This document shows, one piece after another, positions 26,085 through 36,224 of a stretch of 64,000 nt of DNA. The stretch is from the human T2T-CHM13v2.0 reference genome, Homo sapiens. The translations under genes and the position numbers were made by a program. Each line of letters opens with the position of its first letter. Position 1 is the stretch's first letter. The notes under the pieces were generated by a model. The model was not told the DNA's origin and ran no database searches. It was given only the letters and a program-made list of their open reading frames with translations. The stretch is from the NCBI RefSeq assembly GCF_009914755.1, contig NC_060948.1, one strand, 5' to 3'.

Positions 26085-26171
26085 TCAAATAAATATTTCT
26101 TTATCTACTCTTCCGGCCTGCATGGTTTTCAGGACTGCAGCTTCAAATGCTGCTTCAGAAGGCCTAAGCAT
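26085..26171 (-). other. Candidate upstream ORF in the HSFY leader (28 aa, or 12 aa from the second ATG at 26123)
   Basis: MLRPSEAAFEAAVLKTMQAGRVDKEIFI*; TGA at 26087-26085, one G, then the main ATG at 26083. Confidence 0.55.
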
Positions 26172-26217
26172 GTACACTTATCTAGACCATCACAATGGTT
26201 CCCAAACTGAGTAACAA

Positions 26218-26251
26218 TGACATCACAAGGGGACTTTGGTCTCCTAGCAAC
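26218..26251 (-). promoter_or_regulatory. Putative HSFY proximal promoter: CRE-like TGACATCA (26218-26225) and RFX X-box-like GTTGCTAGGAGAC (26251-26239)
   Basis: Motif resemblance 135-170 nt upstream of the ATG; function inferred only. Confidence 0.5.
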
Positions 26252-28084
26252 CAACAAAATTCTAGCCCAAAGGGTTTCCTTCCCAATCTGAGAAATGTAT
26301 CCAGTGAAAATAAAATATAGACTGCTCACTTACACAATGTAAGCTGCAAAAATCTCTTGCCTGCATCATTATTTAAATAAATAAGGAAATAATGTCCTCA
26401 ATCCCTGAAATAAATCCAATGTTCTTCCTGACACACTCATTATAACTAGATTGGTGTGAGGAGCACAAGGCCTAGTAATTGCAAAATGCAAAAAAATAAA
26501 ATAAAATAAAGGAAAGAAAAAGAAATATGAATGATTTTAAAACTAGTTTGGCATGTTGGATTGAAAACTGATGCAATGCTAAACCTGTGTGGTAAAAAGA
26601 CATGGCCATAGAGATAAAAGGTAGGTTACGGGTTGTCAGGGGCTGGACAATAAAAAGAACTGTATAATAGATATGGAGTTTCTGGTTGGGCAATAGAAAT
26701 ATTTAGGAACTATTGATAGATGATGATCGTATGACATTATAAACATATTTAATTCCATTCAATTATACACTCAAATGTAATTTTATGTTATTTGAAACTT
26801 ACCTTCAAAAGTTAAGGTGAAGACAAAGATGAATAAAACTAACTGATTATATTTCAGAATGAAACGTTATATTTATGCATATCTCTTCAAAACATGTTTC
26901 AGTCATATCAGAAGAATATATAATGATTTAATTTGGTATGTCTCTAAATATCTGACAAATGTTAAAGATGAAAGAGATTTTAAAAGCGGGTGACTTACTT
27001 GTAAGGGGATCCCAAAGAGTGGGAGATTAAAAAAATAATAAAAATAAAAATATTGAGAAAATGTTTTAAGAAAAGTAAATATGTATGTGTGTCTAAGCAG
27101 CATATTTTTTTTTTAATTTGGCTCCAAGAACCAAATCTCTATTAAAGAATAGATTTTGTAAGGAATAATCTTTGTGCCATGCAAATAATGGTATCATTAT
27201 AAAACAGGACTTGAATTTGTGAAATAATTTTAGTATTGAGTAAAATAACCATGGATCATTTACAGTCAGAATTTTTATATGTTCATGGTTGACAGTTGGT
27301 ATATTAAAATTCGAACTCCTTAGCATTGGTAAGTGTTGAATATGTGTGGAAGAAAGAAATATAGTATTGATATTTCTCATACTGTAGGAGGCAGTTCTCT
27401 CATACTGGAAAGAGGAGTCATTGTTAGAAAATTGCCTTGGTTTAATATAGTTTAGGTTTTGTTTTTTTGTGTGTGTGCCTGTTTAATTCAGAATTTTCTG
27501 TATTAACATTATGTAACAAAAATGTTCAAATCAGTAAACTCTGTGAAGATGAAACAGGTGCCCCTACCAGATGCATGTGGTTTCTCAATTTTGACAGTTT
27601 TTTAAAATTAAAAAAGTGCAAAATTAAAATTTTTTTTTTTTTTGTTCTTCTCAGGAATTTTCATGTTGCTCTAGCTGAAGGGAGTACAGACTTCTTTTGT
27701 GATGCGAGAGGATGAATGATTACTGAGAGCAGCAAAAGATAGGACATGGGTGTGGAGGAAAGAGGGAGTTAATAGGAGAATCAGAAGACAAAATCACATT
27801 AAATGTAGGATAATCTAAGACAAATTGTGGCTGAGCATTTTGGGGAGCTAAGATAGGTGACAGTTTAGGGAGGAAGAATGCCTTGGTGTGTTCAGGGGGA
27901 GATGGCTCAGCTAAAGGTGTCCCCTGACTCCAAACTGGAAGCCTACTTTTAGTCATAAAAAAGCAAGAAAATAAGAAATTTTATATGAAAAACATAAATG
28001 TTCAGTAGGCTGTATCCACTTAGCTATAAAAAAGAATAAGATGTCTGTCTGATCTTCTTAGTGACAGCCTGTGATACCCATGTT

Positions 28085-28420
28085 CTTGCCGCTTCAGCCT
28101 CCCAATTAGCTGGTTCTGCAGGAAACGCCTAGTAGGCTCAGATAATTATTCAATTTAATGAATTATTTTAATTTTTTTAGAGACAGAATCTTGCTATGTT
28201 GTTCAGGCTGGCCCGAAATTATAGGCTTGAAGTGATCCACCCACCTTGGACTTACAAATTGCTAAGGTCACCAGTGTGAGCCACGATATCTTCCTATTTC
28301 TTAAAAAGCTTTTGTGGAGATAGTGTTTCACATTTTGCCAAACCAGGTTCAAAATTCCTGGCCTCAAGCATTCTTTTTGCCTTGGCCTTCCAAATTATTG
28401 GAATTACAAATGTGAGGCAA
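28085..28420 (-). mobile_element. Degenerate Alu/FLAM fragments
   Basis: AGAGACAGAATCTTGCTATGTTG...GTGATCCACCCACCTTGG and a second left-arm-like copy. Confidence 0.65.
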
Positions 28421-28743
28421 AAAATGTCATCTAAAATATGTTGTATCTTTTTAATTGTCACTTAATATTTTATCTAGTAAAGGTAAAACTTCATACTTAA
28501 TGATAAAGTGGAAAAAGGTGTAATATAAATGTATTGGAGTAGAAGCCAATTTTTACATAATAAACACACATTTAGATTAGACAATTTTAAATGTACTAAG
28601 AATTCTCTCACAATTACTGAAAAAAAGTTTATGCATATTTAAAATCTGAAATAATATTTTTATGGTTAGGAAAATGTAAAGCAGGATAATAGACAACCAA
28701 ACCAATTATAAGTTCCCTGTGAATAAAATCCAAAGCCAAATAC

Positions 28744-28868
28744 CAGTCACTGGCAGGACCACAAGCTATTTTTTTAATGTAAAATCCAGTGGTAATGAGG
28801 AATATAGGTGCAAACTGTATGCTAATGATAGTCATTTAATTTGATGCAGGCAGAAAAATAATTCTGCT
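28744..28868 (-). pseudogene. USP9YP: USP9Y-derived pseudogene exon
   Basis: MTIISIQFAPIFLITTGFYIKKIACGPASDW vs recalled USP9Y [31 protein letters not shown]; AG and GT boundaries retained. Confidence 0.88.
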
Positions 28869-29279
28869 CTAAATAAAAAGTATATATACAGTCAAAAACA
28901 TTTGTATTTTCAAGCTCTTTCTTAATAAAATTTTTGCTAGGTAAGACCAATTTTCAGTGATTATCCTGCCGCTTCACTAACCCGCATTTCAAGCTCATGC
29001 TTCAGTAAAAAATAATAATTTGTGTAATAAATAAAAGTGCTTCATATTTCCATACATAAAGTCCACTATTTTAAGGTACAGACATCTTAATTTTTTCTTA
29101 CTTTGAAATAACTAAAATAGAAAGGCTACACATTCACATAAATTAAGGCTAATGATGCCATGAAAAAAGCTAAAAGAAGACTGAAGAAAAGTATTAAACA
29201 CATGTTGATGCCTTGTAAAGAATCATACAAGCCAAGCATACATTATTTTTATTACTAAGAAGGTAATCAAAAAGCTTAT

Positions 29280-29980
29280 CATGAACAGGACTTCAATAAA
29301 CACCAATATATATAAGCAGTTCTTTCACAAACTGCAAATGCTCTCAACTTTATTGCTTTCACTTTTGCGTAAGTGTCACATTTTGTTAGTATACACTTTT
29401 CTCAAAGGCTGGTGACATAATAATGTGATGAGGTCTCACAAGAGTTAGCCATAATATATATCTTATCATCTCATCATCTTCATCTATCATGTCCATTTGT
29501 TTATTGTTTGAAAATTATATAAGCAATTTACCAGCTCTTTTACCGTCTATGTGACATGCACTTCAGCGTATGATCAAATATATTTATGTACTCTCCATCC
29601 AAACACTGATTTTTAAAATTTCTTGATCATCATCCATTTTAAATTCTGCTAAATCTTCATCATCAAATTTATACCAGGAATCGCAGTCATCATCCTACCA
29701 TTGTTTGAATAATATAAGAATAATAATACCCACTGCTTGCTAGACCACTGTGTACAGGCACATCTGCAAGTCTGTATTTTGTGATCTTTGTAGTTTTATT
29801 TTCAGGTTACTCTTTCTGTTGAATCAACTGATTTTCTGACTTGAAATTATTCTGTTCCAGCTTTGCAATGCATGCTGCTGTGTAAGGTCCCATATCCAGC
29901 TCCCAAGGAAATTCAAAATAATCACCGAATGTAATTGCACATTATTTTAGTCGTACTCAAATCATTTGTGTTGGCCACAG
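29280..29980 (-). pseudogene. USP9YP: USP9Y-derived pseudogene, large exon containing the His box
   Basis: [79 protein letters not shown]; multiple stops and frameshifts; donor reads AT. Confidence 0.92.
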
Positions 29981-30226
29981 AAACAAAAGAAAATTATTTA
30001 AATAGCAAGTGCTTAACTGTGTTAACATACCATAAACAGAGAACAGGTACAAATGTTCTCATTTCCTGAACAAACATTAAAACAATTTAATGATAATTTT
30101 AAAGTTTATAATCTTTTAAATTTATTTTAAAAAGAAAAGTAAATAATCATTAACATCATTAGGGTAATTATGCCATAACTAACTTAAGCAATACTTTCTT
30201 ACCAAAGCTTAAAATATTTATATATA

Positions 30227-30510
30227 GCAATCCTTTGGTATCTGTAGGGGATTGGCTCCAGAACCCTCTTAAATACTATAATTTGTGTCTGCTCAAGCTT
30301 CTGATTTACAATGGTGTAGTATGTAAATATAATGCACCCACATCCTCCTGTGTAGTTTACTTTAACTTTGCATAAATCATTAGTAAAATGTAAATGTTAT
30401 GTAGACAGTTATAATCTAATGGCTTTTAAATTTGTTACATTTTACTGTAGTATTGTTTTTGTTTTCAAACATTTTAATATATGTTTAGAGAAATCTATGT
30501 TTGAAGAACG
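30227..30510. mobile_element. MER2-like (Tigger family) DNA transposon remnant
   Basis: GGTATCTGTAGGGGATTGGCTCCAGAACCC...TGCTCAAG...ATGGTGTAGTAT...CACATCCTCC. Confidence 0.7.
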
Positions 30511-30777
30511 TGTGTATGTAAAAAGTCTCTTATTTGTTGCACACCAGAAAACATTACTGACACAGACACTGATGGCTATGTGGTTCCATATAGCCACTAC
30601 TATCTGTGTTACTTCTCTAATGTTTTCTTGTATGCGATTAAGCAGAATTTGGTGTGAATAAACTAAAGATATATAGTAAGCAATAATAATAGCAGCTAAT
30701 ACTTATAGTGCTTAAAGACAAGGTAATACATTAAAAAGCCGCACACATATTAATAAATTTAATCCTCACTGTCCATT

Positions 30778-31000
30778 TTGTGTGACAGAGTTTCACTCTC
30801 TTCACCTAGGCTATATTGCAATGGCAGAATCTCGCCTCCCTGCAACCTACACCTCCCAGATCCAACCTACACCTCCCAGATTCAAGCGATTCACCTGTCT
30901 CAGCCTCTCCAGTAGCTAGTATTACAGGCATCTGCCACCATACCTGGCTAATTTTCATATTTATAGTAGAGATGGGGCTTCACCCTGTTGGCAAGGCTGT
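30778..31000 (-). mobile_element. Alu, partial, with a 20-bp internal tandem duplication (30841-30880)
   Basis: GACAGAGTTTCACTC...; CAACCTACACCTCCCAGA occurs twice with 20-bp period. Confidence 0.82.
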
Positions 31001-31762
31001 TCTGTCTGTCTTATAAAAAGGTAAAACCTATATATAATTAATTTAAAAGGTGTGGATTGAGTGGCAGGTAGGGTGAAAAGCAATTGTTTCAAGTCTCAGA
31101 GGTGTAAATAGCAAGCAGTATGATGTTAAAAATAAACCACAATTTAAATGGCAGGTAAGTGCGAAATAATGCAGGCAGCTTGGAGGTCAGATGTTATGAA
31201 GGTCAAGAAAGACATACATGTTATTTAACATATAATATCTTCAAATATATTTTACCATTACATCTCCCAATCAAATTGCAGAGAAATAAAATTAGCTGGT
31301 TAGGCCTAAAGAAAGAAATCTGTTTGTGAAACAAGTGGTTGTTAAAATTTGTTGTAACCCCATAAAATTAAGGAAGTTTTTCGCTTTTAGACTTATAAGT
31401 TTTTGCTTATAGTATAGATGTATCTATACTAGAAAGAGAAAAATGCTTTCTTCTGTCAACTCTTCAAGATTCAATCATTAAATTGCAATTTATTTTAGAG
31501 TAGGGATGAAAGCAATCTGGGAGATTATTTTACATCCAAAATTATTAACCTAGTAAGAATCACTTTTTTTCCCTAGTCAGTCACTCTATTTTGTCAATAG
31601 CATTTCCCTTTAAACAAGTTATCATCTTGACTACCTCTCTGATACCACTAAAAGAGTAAAGAGAAAGCAGAAGTTAATTTTTTGCATGAGCACAAACACT
31701 TCTAATGTCTTCTGGTTGTGTTCAAAGAGATAATTTTTTTTTTCAAAGCTGAAAAAAACGTA

Positions 31763-31891
31763 CTTTTTATCACATTTTACAATGATGTGCATTTGCACCT
31801 TCCATTTGATATCCTATTCCCAAGAATCAAGAACATTTTGATGACTGTTAATGTCCCCATTTAAAGTTGTAAAAGATTTCTCACGTTTGTA
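31763..31891 (-). pseudogene. USP9YP: USP9Y-derived pseudogene exon (zinc-finger/fingers region)
   Basis: YKREKSFTTLNGDINSHQNVLDSWE*DIK..EGANAHHCKMC/DKK vs USP9 [47 protein letters not shown]. Confidence 0.85.
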
Positions 31892-32009
31892 TCAAAAGAT
31901 AGTATTTAAAATACAAATTATAAAATATATTCTTTACTTCTTTTTCCTGTGAGGACAGGTTATTTCCTTGTCACTGAAGCTAAAATGCACGGCACAATTC
32001 CAGTTCACT

Positions 32010-32540
32010 ATGGTCTCAAACTCTTTGGCTTCAGTTGGGGTTTCCTCAACCAGTATTCATCTGTGTCTTCTTAGGAACTGGGCTACACATCAGCAGGTGA
32101 GCGGTGAACAAGTACGGAAGCTTTATCTCTATTTAAACCACTATGTATGGTGCATATTACTGCCTGAGATCCACTTTCTGTAAGTTCAGTGGCAGCATCA
32201 GATTTTTATAGAAGTGAGAGCACAACTATTAACTGCACATGCAGGAAATTTAGCTTTTGCACTCTTTATAACAATCAAAAAACTGATCACCCGTAACTGT
32301 CTCCCATCACCCACAGAGAAAACAATCTAGCTGCAGGAAAATAAGTTCAGGGCTCCCACTGATTCTACATTATGGTGAATTGTATAATTATTTCATTAAA
32401 TATTATAATGTAATAATAACAGTAATAAAGCAAAAAAACAATGCGGGGCACTTGAATCTTTCCAAAACTGTCTCCACAACGCCAGGTCATGAAAAATCTT
32501 GTCTTCACAAAACCCATCCCTGGTGCCAAACTGTTGCAAA
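32010..32540. mobile_element. MER1A-like hAT-Charlie DNA transposon remnant
   Basis: TTAGGAACTGGGCTACACA.CAGCAGGTGAGCGG...CAGGGCTCCCACTGATTCTACATTATGGTGA...CCCTGGTGCCAAA. Confidence 0.75.
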
Positions 32541-32701
32541 TAATCACACGTAGATGTACGCACACATAAATTTTTGAGTGAAAGTTTTGAAGACAGAAGC
32601 TCAAAGTATTATTATAAGTTCAAAGAACAAGAACAGAAACATTGACTAGATTGCAGAAAAAGGAGTGTTTTGAATAGAGAAAACTAATGAAAATAACTTG
32701 T

Positions 32702-33547
32702 TACCCAGTAATGTGATGGCTGGGTCAAATGGTATTTCTAGTTCTAGATCCCTGAGGAATCGCCACACTGACTTCCACAATGGTTGAACTAGTTTACAGT
32801 CCCACCAACAGTGTAAAAGTGTCCCTATTTCTCCACATCCTCTCCAGCACCTGTTGTTTCCTGACTTTTTAATGATTGCCATTCTAACTGGTGTGAGATG
32901 GTATCTCGTTGTGGTTTTGATTTGCATTTCTTTGATGGCCAGTGATGATGAGCATTTTTTCATGTGTCTTTTGGCTGCATAAATGTCTAAGTCATGCTGC
33001 TATAAAGACACATGCACACGTATGTTTATTGCGGCACTATTCACAATAGCAAAGACTTGGAACCAACCCTAATGTCCAACAATGATAGACTGGATTAAGA
33101 AAATGTGGCACATATACACCATGGAATACTATGCAGCCATAAAATATGATGAGTTCATGTCCTTCGTAGGGACATGGATGAAATTGGAAATCATCATTCT
33201 CAGTAAACTATCGCAAGGACAAAAAACCAAACACCGCATGTTCTCACTCACAGATGGGAATTGAACAATGTGGGAATGCATGGACACAGGAAGGGGAATA
33301 TCACACTCTGGGGACTGTTGTGGGGTGGGGGGAGGGGGGGAGGGGGGGAGGGATAGCATTAGGAGATATACCTAATGCTAAATGACGAGTTAATGGGTGC
33401 AGCACACAAGCATGGCACATGTATACATATGTAACTAACCTGAACATTGTGCACATGTACCCTAAAACTTAAAGTATAATAATAATAAAAAAAAGAAGAG
33501 AGATGAAATAAATTCTCAAAGAAGGATTGCAAAAAAAAAAAAAGAAA
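32702..33547 (+). mobile_element. Young 5'-truncated, 5'-inverted L1PA (PA2/PA3-like) with short 3' transduction
   Basis: 32702-32988 antisense ORF2 end (ORF 32646-32963, [18 protein letters not shown]); 32989-33494 sense ORF2 end, 3'UTR and A-tail; TSD GAAAATAA(C/A)TTGTT at 32689-32702 and 33548-33561. Confidence 0.92.
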
Positions 33548-34055
33548 GAAAATAAATTGTTGACACAAGAAAAAACAAGAGTGAGGGATATGTGAGGATA
33601 AAGAACTGAAATATGTAAATTAGAATTATATATGCAAATCATACTCATAACGTAGGCTTACAGTTTAGCTATGAAATTTAGAAACTTATACTGAAAGTTA
33701 TAATGGGAAGTCAGTGCATTACTGGTGCACTAATGACTTTTAAAAGAAATCTAAGTGATATTCTAGTACATAGAAGTGGAACTGCTGTGAGTGAAACAGA
33801 AGGCAGCCCAGAAATCAGAAGATCCCTTTTTCTTCCTGTCTCTGAGCTATCTAAGAACTACCTTCTTGAAAGAACAGTAAACTCTTATGAAGGGGTGCAG
33901 CTTCTTCTATAAACTAGAAAGAGCTATGTACTACATCATATAATAAAAAGTTGTGCAACAGTGTTTTATTACCATACATGCCACAAATGTGGCCTTGATA
34001 AAATGAGTGAAACAAAGGAAAAAAAAATTAAGATGTTATTAAGCCATTTTTTTCT

Positions 34056-34092
34056 CTGTGTGTGTGTGTGTGTGTGTGTGGTTGTGTGTGTA
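34056..34092. repeat. Interrupted (TG)n microsatellite
   Basis: TG runs visible directly. Confidence 0.9.
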
Positions 34093-35377
34093 AGTTTTGT
34101 GTGTGTGTGTGTGGCATGTGTTCTCTTCATTACTCAGTCTGCAGAGTAGCAAAACAATTACAGCTCAGGGGATGTTTTCACCTCAGTGTCAAAGGTAGAT
34201 GAGATTACTTGTGCAGACCATAACATTCAGCCATTCTACTGCATCTTAGTAATGATGGGATATCAGCATGTGCCTCAGGCTTTTTTTTTTAACTCCTGAG
34301 ATCAAGTAATCTACCTGCCTTGGCTTCCCAAAGTGCTAAGGCTATCAGTGTGCATGACTAAGCCTGGCCCAATTGAACATTTTCAAATCTAAAAACGGAC
34401 CAAGTGTTATTGGTCACTTTTGTAAAAGGCTCAAAAATTATGATTACATTCAGGCTTGCAAAACATATATGTATATTATATAGAGTTATATATTATGTAT
34501 TTACATATAAGTATATCATATAAATATATTTTCTTGCAGGACTAGGAAGCAGTACTTTTTTGTCAGTGACTAAAATATTCATTTGATAATAAAAATGTTT
34601 ATTTGATGATGAAAATGTTGACTTTTGAGGTGACTATTATACAAAATCTCAAAGATAAATGTTGCTCTACAAACTAAAAGACATCATTGATGAACTACTC
34701 TAACTTGAACAATGTAATGAAGAAAGTGTAAACAAATATCAAAAGTTAACAAATGAAATGGTATTTTATCTTTCCAAGTAGCTGATACTACAAGGCTGAT
34801 ATCACGACACTTGAATAATTTTTGTATTTTTTTGTAAGGACAGGGTTCTGCCCCTTTTCCCAAGCTTGTAAACTAATTTGTATTATGTGTGATAACAGTG
34901 CCCTGGTCATATTTTTAAAAAATATTTAGAGTTGCCTTAAAATATCCATAGAGATAAAAATATGTACTTGACAATTGCTTCATCTGAGAACTTTTAAATC
35001 AAAGAGATGACTTCATTTTTATATTTTGATTATATAGATTATAAATTGTCTTATATTAAGAAGTTAATGACACCTTAAGAGATCAATAATATAGTGCCTG
35101 TCTCTGCTGTGACAATTTTAACCTTTTCCTATTAGGATAATAATAATAAAAATGACCGAGAAAGACAGCTAAAATATTACTATTGTTTAAATATTGCCCA
35201 TCAAATAAATTATGTATTTTAAAGATATATTTTAAAAATTTAATGTACATATGATTTCATCAAAATTAAACTGATAAATCACCCATAATTTACCTGAACC
35301 TCTTCTATCCTTTTTTGTTTTATCCCTGTAACCGAGAATGTGGTAAGTGTGGGTTTGTGTGTTTCGGCGCTGTTTCT

Positions 35378-36210
35378 GTTAGCAATCTTTCGGGTTCACC
35401 ATTAAGTGGGTCCTGAGTTCTTGACACATATCCAGGCACAATGAGGTATGTGAACAACAGGAGAATAATCAAGGTAAATAGATGCTTCATTGAGTGAAAG
35501 TACAGCTCTCAGGAGACAGAAAGCAGGTAACTCCATTTCAAAAACAGGACATACCTGCATCTGTGCAACACTCACTGAAGACAGAACCAATAGTGACCAG
35601 CTTCAGTGGAAAAGTAGGTTGTTAAAACATCTCTGAAGTCCTCAGTGGAGAGAAGTTTCAGAGTGGGTAGCTTCTATCTGCAGGAATGTTGTTGAAATGC
35701 ATCTGCAGCTTTAAGTTTGGAGGAGACCTATCTATTTGCAGCCATGCAATCCCAATAAGTGTACACCTCACAGCGGAGAGGTGGCACACACTTGGTAAAT
35801 CTACGTTAAGTCAGGTTGAGGTTGAAAGTTCGAGACCAGCCTGACCAACATGGAGAAACCCTGTCTCTAATAAATATACAAAATTAGACAGATGTGATGG
35901 TGCATGCCTTTAGTCCCAGCTACTCAGCAGCTGAGGCAAGACAATCGCTTGAACCTGGGAGGCAGAGGTTGCAGTGAGCCGAGGTCACACCATAGTACTC
36001 CAGCCACGGCAACAAGAGCGAAACTCCATCTCCAAAAAAAACAAAATAAAAATAAATCAATACAAGTAAAAATAAATAAATACAAATATAAATAAATACA
36101 TATGTAATTAAATAAATAACCTAAATAAGTATGGAATATATATGGACCTCAGAATGCACATGGGCAGAGAGAATGGGCTGGTTGGTCCATGGGTGGAGAT
36201 GGCTGAAAAA
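35378..36210 (-). mobile_element. MER52-like LTR fragment interrupted by an Alu
   Basis: TGTTAGCAATCTTTCGGG...GAGTTCTTGAC...ATGAGGTATG...TTCATTGAGTG...GGGTAGCTTCTATCTGCAGG. Confidence 0.55.
35810..36060 (+). mobile_element. Alu, 5'-truncated
   Basis: AGTTCGAGACCAGCCTGACCAACATGGAGAAACCC...GCGAAACTCCATCTC plus A-rich tail. Confidence 0.9.
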
Positions 36211-36224
36211 GAAAAAGATGTGTA

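Noticed and set aside
31945-32030. Possible further USP9Y exon ending ...CPHR (minus-strand TGTCCTCACAG)
   Set aside because: Upstream sequence looks like a decayed Alu monomer and MER1 edge rather than USP9 codons.
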